Assembly (NCBI RefSeq): GCF_017348835.2
Contig: NZ_CP071375.1
Length of the DNA: 64,000 nucleotides
Reading direction: 5' to 3' (one strand)
DNA from: Escherichia coli
GTDB lineage: Bacteria; Pseudomonadota; Gammaproteobacteria; Enterobacterales; Enterobacteriaceae
This document shows, one piece after another, positions 47,189-57,874 of the stretch; the first letter of the stretch is position 1; each line of letters opens with the position of its first letter. The translations under genes and the position numbers were made by a program. The notes beneath the pieces are model-generated. The model did not search any database and was not told the DNA's origin. It worked only from the letters and a program-made list of their open reading frames with translations.

Positions 47189-48741
47189 TATGCAAGCCTC
47201 ACAATATAGTTAAATGCGATGTTTTTGACGGTGTTTTCCGCGTTACCAGCAGCGTTAACGGTGATGGTATGTCCATGTGAACCAATCGCAACGGAGTGCG
47301 TATGAGCACCAATACCGACAGTATGTGCGTGTGCACCTGCGCTTGCAGCAGTACCCGATACAGAGTGCGTATGAGCGCCTGCAGAAGAAGTGTTAACACT
47401 GTATTTAGAGTAATCAGGTGATCCACTTCCCGGAGCACCACTGGAACCACCTGAAACAAATGTCATCGAATGGGTATGTGCACCGGCTGAAGCAGCCGTA
47501 CCGCTAACACTATGGGTATGCGCACCAGTGTTATTCGTGGATTTAGTGCCGTAATCAAACGACGATGTGGTTTTCGTCCCCAAATCCGTACTGGATACGC
47601 TGGCGCTGTGGGTGTGTGATTTAATGCCGTCCTGTTCCTGAGACAATACGGCTCGATCACTGGCGGGCTTGCCCTTAATCGTCCAGCCACGCATATCCCC
47701 TTTCGTTTTCATCCAGTCTTTGACAATCTGCACCCAGGTGGTGAACGGGCTGTACGCTGTCCAGATGTGAAAGGTCACACTGTCAGGTGGCTCAATCTCT
47801 TCACCGGATGACGAAAACCAGAGAATGCCATCACGGGTCCAGATCCCGGTCTTTTCGCAGATATAACGGGCATCAGTAAAGTCCAGCTCCTGCTGGCGGA
47901 TGACGCAGGCATTATGCTCGCAGAGATAAAACACGCTGGAGGGGTCATCCGGCGTCCATTTGAGGCCAAACGGCGTCTCTTTGTCGCCAAATTTAAGATA
48001 CTGCTCCTCCCCGCAGTGCGGGCAGGCAACATGAAAACGCATAAAATGCGGGGATTCACTGGCTGCACGCTCAATCTGGCAGGTGCCTCTCACTTTGGGC
48101 GTGGAGCCACGGATGGACTTTGGCCAGACCGAGCCTTCAATACGTTTGTCGCCAAGGAACGTCGGAGAGCCTTCCTGTTCAATATCCTCATCAAAGGCAG
48201 CAAGTTCATCATAACCCGCCACATCCACCGACTTTTCACGGTAGTTTTTTGCCGCTTTACCGCCCAGGCACCAGAAGCCACGACCATTGGAAAAACGCTT
48301 CATAGTGAGCGTGTTATCCCGGTGCTTTTTGCCATACCACGGAGCCAGCGCCAGCAGCGACGGAATATCGCGGATGGTCGGCTCAACGTGGGTTTTCATA
48401 AAGTTCTCGGCATCACCATCCGTCGGCAACCAGATAAGTGTGTTGCGCTGCTTATGCTCTATAAAGTAGACATAAACACCCAGCAGCATTTTGGAATAAC
48501 CGACACGGGCAGACTTCACCACATTCACCTCACGGATGTAGTCGCTGCCCATCGCATTCATGATGGCCCGCTGAAAGGGCAGTGTTTCCCAGCGCCCTTC
48601 CTGGTATGCGGATTCTTTCGGGAGATAGTAATTAGCATCCGCCCATTCAACGGCGGTCTGTGGCTCCGGCCTGAACAGTGAGCGAAGCCCGGCGCGGACA
48701 AAATGCCGCAGCCTGTTAACCTGACTGTTCGATATATTCAC
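47188..48741 (-). pseudogene. stfQ: In-frame fusion: lambda gpA-like large terminase N-terminal ~350 aa (47694..48741) joined to a side tail fibre C-terminus (47188..47693)
   Basis: ORF starts [23 protein letters not shown]... (lambda A) to ...[10 protein letters not shown], then switches to His-rich tail-fibre sequence ([20 protein letters not shown]...). Confidence 0.8.
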
Positions 48742-49261
48742 TCAGCAACCCCGGTATCAGTTCATCCAGCGCGGCTGCTTTGTTCATGGCTTTGATGATA
48801 TCCCGTTTCAGGAAATCAACATGTCGGTTTTCCAGTTCCGGAAAACGCCGCTGCACCGACAGGGGGATCCCGTCGAGAATACTGGCAATTTCACCTGCGA
48901 TCCGCGACAGCACGAAAGTACAGAATGCGGTTTCCACCACTTCAGCGGAGTCTCTGGCATTTTTCAGTTCCTGTGCGTCGGCCTGCGCACGCGTAAGTCG
49001 ATGGCGTTCGTACTCAATAGTCCCTGGCTGGAGATCTGTCTCGCTGGCCTGCCGCAGTTCTTCAACTTCCCGGCGCAGCTTTTCGTTCTCAATTTCAGCA
49101 TCCCTTTCGGCATACCATCTTATAACGGCGGCAGAGTCATAAAGCACCTCATTACCCTTGCCACCGCCTCGCAGAACGGGCATTCCCTGTTCCTGCCAGT
49201 TCTGAATGGTACGGATACTCGCACCGAAAATGTCAGCCAGCTGCTTTTTGTTGACTTCCAT
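48716..49261 (-). CDS. nohA: Terminase small subunit (lambda Nu1 homologue)
   Basis: 181-aa [45 protein letters not shown]...; overlaps the A start as in lambda. Confidence 0.9.
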   Translation of the reverse strand: MEVNKKQLADIFGASIRTIQNWQEQGMPVLRGGGKGNEVLYDSAAVIRWYAERDAEIENEKLRREVEELRQASETDLQPGTIEYERHRLTRAQADAQELKNARDSAEVVETAFCTFVLSRIAGEIASILDGIPLSVQRRFPELENRHVDFLKRDIIKAMNKAAALDELIPGLLSEYIEQSG

Positions 49262-49450
49262 TGTTCATTCCACGGACAAAAACAGAGAAAGGAAACGACA
49301 GAGGCCAAAAAGCCCGTTTTCAGCACCTGTCGTTTCCTTTCTTTTCAGAGGGTATTTTAAATAAAAACATTAAGTTATGACGAAGAAGAACGGAAACGCC
49401 TTAAACCGGAAAATTTTCATAAATAGCGAAAACCCGCGAGGTCGCCGCCC
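49262..49450 (-). other. Lambda-type cos site: cosN 12-nt cohesive end at 49439..49450, cosB region between cosN and nohA
   Basis: Minus strand reads CCGACAGGTTACG-GGGCGGCGACCT-CGCGGGTTTTCGCTATTTATGAAAATTTTCCGGTTTAAGG, the lambda end junction, then a lambda-like region up to the Nu1 start. Confidence 0.85.
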
Positions 49451-49649
49451 CGTAACCTGTCGGATCACCGGAAAGGACCCGTAAAGTGATAATGATTATC
49501 ATCTACATATCACAACGTGCGTGGAGGCCATCAAACCACGTCAAATAATCAATTATGACGCAGGTATCGTATTAATTGATCTGCATCAACTTAACGTAAA
49601 AACAACTTCAGACAATACAAATCAGCGACACTGAATACAGGGCAACCTC

Positions 49650-49844
49650 ATGTCAACGAAGAACAGAACCCGCAGAACAACAACCCGCAACATCCGCTTT
49701 CCTAACCAAATGATTGAACAAATTAACATCGCTCTTGATCAAAAAGGGTCCGGGAATTTCTCAGCCTGGGTCATTGAAGCCTGCCGCCGGAGACTAACGT
49801 CAGAAAAGAGAGCATATACATCAATCCAGAGTGATGATGGATGA
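49650..49844 (+). CDS. Small prophage protein, YlcI/YnfO-like
   Basis: 64-aa basic ORF immediately beyond cos. Confidence 0.5.
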   Translation: MSTKNRTRRTTTRNIRFPNQMIEQINIALDQKGSGNFSAWVIEACRRRLTSEKRAYTSIQSDDG

Positions 49845-50094
49845 ACATCCCGGTTTCTTTACCTTCCCTCCCTCCCCGCACAGAACTGGCGAGCGTGAGG
49901 GACCAATATGTGAGCCATAAATGCCTTATCTTCAGAAATGCAGTTGGTATCCGAACAGGACGATATTGTAAATTCACCTAAATACGAGGCATTGCTGTAG
50001 TTGAATTGCAGTACTGTATTAGCCTGACAGTGACAGAATACGATATTGACTCTGTCACTTGTGAAATGGTCAGAATGGTTAGCAGTTATGGTGA

Positions 50095-50301
50095 TCAGTC
50101 AACCAACAGGGAATAATCCTTCGTATTCTTATCGTGCTTTACTAACGCGGCCTCAATTGCCCTGAATGCTTCCAGAGATACTTGATGTTCTATACATGCA
50201 ATTACAACATCCGGGTAACCCATCGAAATGGTGCTATTAAGCATAGTTTTTACACGAACCTGCTCCTGGGAGGGGGCATCAATGTATTGATCTTTATGCA
50301 T
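50095..50301 (-). CDS. Hypothetical prophage protein
   Basis: 68-aa ORF; function unknown. Confidence 0.4.
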   Translation of the reverse strand: MHKDQYIDAPSQEQVRVKTMLNSTISMGYPDVVIACIEHQVSLEAFRAIEAALVKHDKNTKDYSLLVD

Positions 50302-50596
50302 TTTGTCGCTCCATTCGTTTGCTCTTCACTTGCGGCTAAAAATATAACGTCAAATCACTCAGCATGAAAGAGTGAAAGTTTCAGCGCGTTTCCCTTACAT
50401 AATCTGTCGTTTGTATTCTCTTCAGGCATACCGGAAAGACTAGGTATTGTCACACAACCAATACCATCGACAATCGAGATTTATATCTATTCGGTAATGT
50501 TTAAATATAACAAAACCCCGTAAAAACGAGGTTTATGGGTAATTTGTATTGTTGAATAGCATCTGATGAGAAATTGATGCTAATACTATAAACATG

Positions 50597-50770
50597 CTAG
50601 ATTAAATCAATCTTGATATCATAGCTTTCAAGACCAGTCATTTTTTCCCGTGCAGTAAACTGGATACTGGTAACTTCTTTCCCGGTCTTTTTCTTAAGCT
50701 CAATGATTTTTTTTGTTATATATTCAGAAATATCTGCTTCTGTTTTTGTTTTTAACTCTTCAATGTTCAT
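50597..50770 (-). CDS. gnsB: GnsA/GnsB-family protein
   Basis: 57-aa ORF MNIEELKTKTEADISEYITKKIIELKKKTGKEV...ESYDIKIDLI; GAGG ribosome-binding site. Confidence 0.7.
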   Translation of the reverse strand: MNIEELKTKTEADISEYITKKIIELKKKTGKEVTSIQFTAREKMTGLESYDIKIDLI

Positions 50771-50942
50771 CATTTCCTCTTTTAGTCTGTTATGACTGTC
50801 CTGGTACACAGTAGTGTCAATTATATGGAGCAAACGTATAAAAGATAAGATGAAACATCGCAATAATCAACATACGACGGTCTAAATTTCACACAAACAG
50901 ATAAAAATGATTATCATTTATTATCAATGCATTAGAATCAAA

Positions 50943-51173
50943 TCAATTCAAGAGTCTCATTGCTGCTTCCAGAATTTCTTCTGAAGTTACATGTCGATCC
51001 GCTGCTACATAAATGACTTTATGATCTCCGGTCAGAGATGGAAACCCTGCAGCCATTACAGTGAGGTGTGTTGTTTCGCCATTTGGATATTCACGCATGA
51101 TGGTGTTAACTCCGGTCATCACTGGCACTACCATTGCTGGTTCAGAGTTAAAAAAAACTATTATTTTTTTCAT
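50943..51173 (-). CDS. Small prophage protein (YnfN-like); start codon uncertain
   Basis: ORF 50943..51212 with several possible in-frame starts. Confidence 0.4.
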   Translation of the reverse strand: MKKIIVFFNSEPAMVVPVMTGVNTIMREYPNGETTHLTVMAAGFPSLTGDHKVIYVAADRHVTSEEILEAAMRLLN

Positions 51174-51444
51174 AATGTTACCGTAATATGTGAGTATCCA
51201 TCGACTAGACACTAAGCAAAAAAGCTCCCGAAGGAGCCTTCATTTTCACTTTCTTAAATCTAACGACAGATGGCTAACATTTAAGTATTGTGAAATATTA
51301 TCAAATGTAATCATCATTGATTTACAAAAGATACATTTTGCCCCGAAAGGATTTCTGTCAGAAACATCAAAAGATGATGTTCTATACTGAGAACCATGGC
51401 AACACGGGCATCTAAAGTGAATATGGTTTGTAATATTTTCTACC

Positions 51445-51657
51445 TCAAAGTGCCACTACATGAACAGCTGCAGGGCCTTTAGGTCCGTTCTCAATACCAA
51501 ATTCGACTTCCTGATTCTCAGTTAACGTTTTGAAATCGTTGCTCTGAATAGCTGAGAAATGCACAAACACATCTTTGCTACCATCTTTCGGCGTGATGAA
51601 ACCAAAACCTTTTTCAGGGTTAAACCATTTCACTAAACCAGTCATTTTGTTAGACAT
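51445..51657 (-). CDS. cspI: Cold-shock protein
   Basis: 70-aa cold-shock-domain ORF ([21 protein letters not shown]...). Confidence 0.9.
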   Translation of the reverse strand: MSNKMTGLVKWFNPEKGFGFITPKDGSKDVFVHFSAIQSNDFKTLTENQEVEFGIENGPKGPAAVHVVAL

Positions 51658-52020
51658 CATTATTACCTTTTGAAGAAGTTAGCCCTTGGGCAGAATGGTC
51701 CGAAAAAAAATATCAGAGAGAAAAACCAACAAGGAAATCTCAAGAGGTACAAATAATAAAATTATAACAATGACTGCTTCAGATAATTTTGTAACAAACC
51801 AGAACACCATTAACGCATGATTAACCAACCATAGCAAGGATTACTTTTGTAAAGAAAAACACACGAATGAAACAATAGCTTTATTTATTAATAAAACGTG
51901 TCATTCTGTCTAATGACCTTTTATCTTACCCTTAAGATTTCAAGGATTTTGACTCATGGAAGAGTCCTTTTTATTTAAATTTCACATTCAGCGCTAAAAA
52001 TAATCCGATTTAATATTAAT

Positions 52021-53050
<1,030 letters not shown>

Positions 53051-53163
53051 GGATATTTATCAGGATTTATCGGCTTCAAATCCCCGGATATGTTAAATCT
53101 TACCTCACCAGTGATGGGCACTGGCGGGAGGAGGATGTCAATCTGATAAACACAGAGGTGACT

Positions 53164-53424
53164 ATGGATTACACAAATCTACCAAAACAAACTTTTGCTG
53201 ATTTAATCGCACTCAGGCAAGCAGTCGTAGCTCTAATCAACTTGTTGCCGGAGAAGGAAAAGGAATTAGTTAAAGCGCTTCTTAACAGAACTGCCGCCGA
53301 TTTTTCATCATATCCACTGACAGATGACCTTGCGGACCTTCCTGAATTAATTGCAGCGTCCGCCATTAAGCTTACTGAAGAGATTTACCCTCCTCAAAAA
53401 TCTTCACAAAATTCCTGCGAGTAA
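53164..53424 (+). CDS. Hypothetical acidic protein on the opposite strand inside the lysis cassette
   Basis: 86-aa ORF from ATG at 53164, preceded by AGAGG at 53153-53157; helical acidic sequence; no homologue recognised. Confidence 0.4.
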   Translation: MDYTNLPKQTFADLIALRQAVVALINLLPEKEKELVKALLNRTAADFSSYPLTDDLADLPELIAASAIKLTEEIYPPQKSSQNSCE

Positions 53425-53923
53425 CTTCAATGCAATAATCGTAAAACGCCGCAAACTGCTCATCGCGGCGTTTTTTTTCATCTTCAGAAGGAATCAGCAC
53501 CGACAATTTTTTATTCAGATCAGCGACGCTGCCCTCCAGTTTTTCAATGGGCGATTCAATATCATCTTTTTCTGACCGCAATGCCGTCGGTGGCGTCTTC
53601 AGAGAACCAGTAATTCTTCCCGGTAGCTTTCCTTTGTAGGTTATCCACACATTCTGCGCCTCTAAAATTATGGGGCGCTTTTCCGGCGACTGCTCATCCC
53701 CTTCACATAACCCGGCAGCAACATCCAGGAAGACCTGTCTGATGCTCATTCTGGCTGCTGCCTCATAAAACTCCAGCGCGGCACCTTCAACACGGTCCAG
53801 CGAGATGTCCAGGTCAAAAATTTCACCGTCAAAGCGTTCTTTGTCCTGTAATGCTAAAGTTACCGTAACTTTATTCTCAAAATTGCGGATCCCTTTCACA
53901 ATCAGTTCATAGTTTTGAGTCAT
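53372..53923 (-). CDS. Prophage protein between holin and endolysin (YdfR-like position)
   Basis: 183-aa ORF; same position as K-12 ydfR, but that gene is recalled as shorter. Confidence 0.5.
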   Translation of the reverse strand: MTQNYELIVKGIRNFENKVTVTLALQDKERFDGEIFDLDISLDRVEGAALEFYEAAARMSIRQVFLDVAAGLCEGDEQSPEKRPIILEAQNVWITYKGKLPGRITGSLKTPPTALRSEKDDIESPIEKLEGSVADLNKKLSVLIPSEDEKKRRDEQFAAFYDYCIEVTRRNFVKIFEEGKSLQ

Positions 53924-53927
53924 TGAA

Positions 53928-54143
53928 TTACTCTCCTCTCGCAGCCTTACGCCTGTCTTCTTTAATCTTGAAATAAAGATTTGTCAGATACGTCAGCAGG
54001 CCAAAAACCAGGCTACCCAGCACACCGATTGCAGCCCACTGTGACGGAGTTACTTTATCGAGTAACTGCAATGCCCAGAAACCAGCATTACCCGCCGATG
54101 TGCCATAGGCAACACCTGTTGTTAACTTATCCATTGATTTCAT
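53928..54143 (-). CDS. essQ: Holin (phage-21 S-type pinholin-like)
   Basis: [71 protein letters not shown]; two TM helices and a charged C-terminus. Confidence 0.85.
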   Translation of the reverse strand: MKSMDKLTTGVAYGTSAGNAGFWALQLLDKVTPSQWAAIGVLGSLVFGLLTYLTNLYFKIKEDRRKAARGE

Positions 54144-54363
54144 ATCCTCACCCCGATGTACACGGATGGTGCAATATGTTTGAAAAGATCGGAGTCTACG
54201 GGGTAGTTTTGACAGCACACGTTGTTCTCAACGGCGCTAAAGAAACATACACATTAAAAATGTGAGTAATTATTTTTTAAAGAAAGTCATATATAAAATA
54301 ATAATACGAGAAATGTTTTCATATTTAGTGTACTGTATACGGCCATTTATACAGGAAAAGCCT

Positions 54364-54534
54364 ATGTCAGAACGTAAAGACTCAAAATCACGCCGTAATT
54401 ATCTCGTTAAATGTTCCTGCCCAAACTGCACCCAAGAGTCAGAACACAGTTTTTCAAGAGTACAAAAAGGTGCCCTTTTGATCTGCCCTCATTGCAACAA
54501 AGTATTCCAGACAAATCTTAAAGCTGTAGCCTGA
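54364..54534 (+). CDS. Small zinc-ribbon protein (56 aa, two CxxC pairs)
   Basis: MSERKDSKSRRNYLVKCSCPNCTQESEHSFSRVQKGALLICPHCNKVFQTNLKAVA; ribosome-binding site AGGAAAAG. Confidence 0.55.
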   Translation: MSERKDSKSRRNYLVKCSCPNCTQESEHSFSRVQKGALLICPHCNKVFQTNLKAVA

Positions 54535-54593
54535 TTGATTTTATTAGTAACAAGTATTTTTTATATTTTAATAATATATTTAAAGCAGATAAT

Positions 54594-54617
54594 AAAAAAC
54601 CCGCCTGAGCGGGTTTG
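54594..54617. terminator. Bidirectional intrinsic terminator
   Basis: A-run + CCCGC-ctga-GCGGG + ttt. Confidence 0.7.
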
Positions 54618-54897
54618 AGATTGTGGTGCTTTTTGTGGGAGTCATCCACTTACGCACTTTGTTTTGCCATGCCAGCAGTTAGCTTCTGCTGTAAAACTAT
54701 TCATGCAGCAAACCTGCACTTCACCACAATGGTTAGCATACTTTTCCTGATTAAGATTTTGCCAAATATGCTGGCCATTGTTTCATGTATTGGACCTCCT
54801 TAATTTTCATTAAAGAGATCCAATATTCACTACTCTGTCCGTATCTCTACTCAGGCATCAGCCTTCTTCGTTATCGTATACAGACGAGCGATGAATT

Positions 54898-55113
54898 TTA
54901 ATCAGTAATGATGACATTTGCTGCTGCAGGACCTTTAGCACCACTCTCTATAGAGAAGGTAACCTTTTGACCTTCAAATAAGGTTCGATAATTATCATTC
55001 TGAATCGCAGAAAAATGCACAAACACATCTTTACTACCATCAACAGGAGAAATAAAGCCGAAACCTTTATCAGCGTTAAACCATTTTACTAAACCAGTCA
55101 TTTTATTTGACAT
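54898..55113 (-). CDS. cspB: Cold-shock protein
   Basis: 71-aa cold-shock-domain ORF. Confidence 0.9.
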   Translation of the reverse strand: MSNKMTGLVKWFNADKGFGFISPVDGSKDVFVHFSAIQNDNYRTLFEGQKVTFSIESGAKGPAAANVIITD

Positions 55114-55411
55114 TCTACATTCCTTAACTTGAGCCTTTCGGCATAAATGGTTTGCATAACAGAAACGACTTCGTACTTAATTGGAGAGACTCAAAGAAGG
55201 AATAAGTGAATAACACCTGAAATGAGAACTGCTTTAGTAAACTACTTCGTATATCGTCTGTTCTTCAAACCGACGCAGTCATTAACTCATAGTTGAACAT
55301 ATGAAGCAATGTTTATTTTAGACATCCAGCCACCTTCAACCCTATCAAAAAAGTAGTTTTCTCCAGGAACGTGTGTATGGTGCACCAGGTTATCAGTATT
55401 AAGGAGTTTTT

Positions 55412-55625
55412 CTGTCCCCTAAAATGACAGGAATTGTCAAAAACTTTGACTACAAAAGCAGCAAAGGTCTTATATTCCCATCCGATGGCGTATCGATGCC
55501 CAGCTTCACGTTTCAGCTCTCAATCTTCGAGATGCAGAAGAAATTACCACAGGATTACGCGTGGAATTTTGCCGGATAAATGGTTCGCGTGGACCTTCAA
55601 CTGCCAATGTTTATCCCGGGATGAG
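55412..55625 (+). pseudogene. cspF: cspF/cspH-like cold-shock gene with a frameshift
   Basis: N-terminal MTGIVKNFD...PSDG is in one frame; the rest ([42 protein letters not shown]) is in another frame that runs on to 55950. Confidence 0.45.
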
Positions 55626-55656
55626 ATTCAATATCTCTATTGCCCCATTTAAAGCA

Positions 55657-55690
55657 CAAAAACCCGCTTATAAGCGGGTTTTCTACTTTT
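55657..55690 (+). terminator. Intrinsic terminator
   Basis: aaaaa-CCCGC-ttataa-GCGGG-tttt. Confidence 0.7.
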
Positions 55691-55788
55691 TTCTAAACGT
55701 CGGATACACAAAGCCCATCGTTGAGAAAATCTTATCCATGTTTTTTGAAAAATGCAAACATCATGTCGCCATCTTCAGCAAAAATCAT

Positions 55789-56513
55789 TTATCTCGTCAC
55801 CTTCCTCAATTGCGCTTCCGCGTATGCTTCTTCCTGCCAGCACTTTGTTACCAGTTTACCAATGACGTCAGCATACCCCTTATACCACTGATAATCGGTC
55901 AGGTCTGGTACCAGCTTCTGGACATGACGTCGTGCCAGCGTGGTCGGTAAACGACTAAACCGGTTTCCATTACAACGCCCACAAATCTTATATACCGGTA
56001 CGCCATGAAACCGGGTTCTTTTTTCATCCAGAACAATCCCTTTACCCTTACACCCTCTGCACGCTGTGCTGACTTCGCCCTTACCATGGCAATGCTGACA
56101 TAGTTCCTTTACCCATTCTTCCTTGATTACAGATTCCCCGCGTCTGTAGTGTTTCACCACTTCGCGCAATACATTATAAAATCCCGTACCTGAACAATGC
56201 TCACAGCGAGCCTTACTTGCCGCAGACCTAGAGTAATCAGCAAAGGCAAAATTCACGAGGTAAGGAATAATCTGTAACCGGATTTCTTCACTCAATTTGT
56301 TCAATGTCGGGTTATCCAGTGCCATCGCGTAATTTAGCAGGCCTTCAATCGCAAACTGAGGGTCCTGAACACCAACTTTTGCCAGAAATAAGGCCAACCC
56401 AAGTGGTGCTTTCGACTGCACCATCCCCTGCGCTGCCATTACATCCGTAATTGTTAAACAACCGGTGCCTGTCGCTGGAGCGTCATCGCTCAATTTTGGA
56501 GATTTTGGGGAGT
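55789..56513 (-). CDS. quuQ: Late-gene antiterminator Q-like protein with four CxxCxGxG zinc motifs; 5' end removed by IS629
   Basis: 234-aa ORF starts at TTG 20 bp from the IS end; frame is open right up to the IS boundary at 56514. Sits upstream of the cold-shock morons and lysis genes. Confidence 0.6.
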
Positions 56514-56555
56514 TGAACCGCCCCGGGTTTCCTGGAGAGTGTTTTATCTGTGAAC

Positions 56556-57443
56556 TCAGGCTGCCAGATCATTATTTCCGATGGAAGCATAATAAGCTTT
56601 TTCTGCTTCTGCCGGAGGAATATGGCCCAGCCTTTCCAGCAATCGTCGATTGTTATACCAGTCCACCCACGTTAGTGTGGCCAGTTCCACTTCTGTCCGG
56701 TTTTTCCAGCTCTTACGGTGTATTACCTCCGCTTTGTAAAGACCATTGATGCTCTCAGCCATCGCGTTGTCATACGAGTCGCCAGTACTCCCTGTTGATG
56801 CCAGTAATCCGGCTTCCTTAAGCCGCTGCGTGTAGGCCAGCGATACATACTGAGAACCTTTATCACTGTGATGGATTGTGCCGGACGGCCGACGGGCCCA
56901 CAACGCCTGCTCCAGTGCATCCAGCACGAATGTTGTTTCCATGGATGATGAGACCTGCCATCCCACGATGTATCCGGCGAACACATCAATGATGAACGCC
57001 ACATAAACGAAGCCCTGCCATGTGCTTACCCAGGTAAAATCAGCCACCCACAACTGGTCTGGACGTTCTGCCACGAACTGACGGTTTACGCGGTCGCATG
57101 CGGCAACGGCTTTCCGGCTGACGGTAGTGCGGACCTTTTTACCCCGGAGAACACCGGCAAGTCCCATAACTGCCATGAGACGTGCCACAGTGCATCTGGC
57201 CACTCTGATACCTTCCCGTAACAACTGACGCCAGACTTTACGCACACCGTATACCTGGTGATTTTCATCGTATACGCGCTGTATCTCTTTCTTCAGCCAG
57301 TCATCGTGCTGCGCACGGGCACTGCGTTTATCCGGATGATGTCGCTGTTGCTGACAATGGTAATACGTTGACGGGGCAATATGCAGTTCGCTGCATACCG
57401 GTCCGACCCCGTACTGCTCACGCAGCTTATCCAGCAGTGGCAT
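56556..57443 (-). CDS. IS629-like transposase OrfB (DDE); expected to be made as an OrfAB fusion by -1 frameshift
   Basis: 295-aa ORF; A-rich slippery stretch (GGAAAAAATAATG) at the orfA/orfB overlap. Confidence 0.9.
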   Translation of the reverse strand: MPLLDKLREQYGVGPVCSELHIAPSTYYHCQQQRHHPDKRSARAQHDDWLKKEIQRVYDENHQVYGVRKVWRQLLREGIRVARCTVARLMAVMGLAGVLRGKKVRTTVSRKAVAACDRVNRQFVAERPDQLWVADFTWVSTWQGFVYVAFIIDVFAGYIVGWQVSSSMETTFVLDALEQALWARRPSGTIHHSDKGSQYVSLAYTQRLKEAGLLASTGSTGDSYDNAMAESINGLYKAEVIHRKSWKNRTEVELATLTWVDWYNNRRLLERLGHIPPAEAEKAYYASIGNNDLAA

Positions 57444-57769
57444 TATTTTTTCCAGAGGCGGTCGAACTCCGCCTTCGCAAAATAAGCGGAAGCCTGGCGA
57501 AGGATATCGTTACTGCGGCGCAGTTCACGATTTTCACGTTCCAGCTCTTTCAGACGCTGACGTTCAGCGGTGGTGAGTCCACCATCACCACTCCCGGTAT
57601 CCCGCTCATGCTGGCGAACCCAGACACGCAGAGTCTCCGGCGTACAGCCAATCTTTGGGGCAATGGAACAAATTGCCGCCCACTGTGAGTCATATTCATC
57701 CTGACTTTCCAGAACCATACGAATCGCCCGCTGACGGACTTCGGGGGAAAAACGAGTATTTTTAGTCAT
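57443..57769 (-). CDS. IS629-like transposase OrfA
   Basis: 108-aa ORF identical to 4167..4493. Confidence 0.9.
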   Translation of the reverse strand: MTKNTRFSPEVRQRAIRMVLESQDEYDSQWAAICSIAPKIGCTPETLRVWVRQHERDTGSGDGGLTTAERQRLKELERENRELRRSNDILRQASAYFAKAEFDRLWKK

Positions 57770-57874
57770 CCTGTTTACCTCTTTCTCAGGGAGTTTAGTC
57801 TCCAGGATTTCCGGGGCGGTTCATTAAAGATTTTTTTGTGCATGCCGATAGTGCTTTTTTAAAAGGAGAAATCT

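Larger units (their letters stand above)
56514..57823 (-). mobile_element. Complete IS3-family element (IS629/IS1203-like), 1310 bp
   Basis: Ends TGAACCGCCCCGG... / ...CCGGGGCGGTTCA read on both sides; orfA and orfB present; flanks agt / tta differ, so no target-site duplication. Confidence 0.9.

Noticed and set aside
46520-47470. Pin invertase crossover (gix/hix-like) sites
   Set aside because: Searched by eye for AAACC-NN-GGTTT-centred sites near the pinQ end and in the fibre gene; none convincing, so no invertible segment is called.
51220-51245. Minus-strand hairpin ggctcc-ttcg-ggagc + T6 about 200 nt downstream of cspI
   Set aside because: Plausibly a terminator, but it lies immediately upstream of the next gene start and cannot be assigned to a transcript without expression data.
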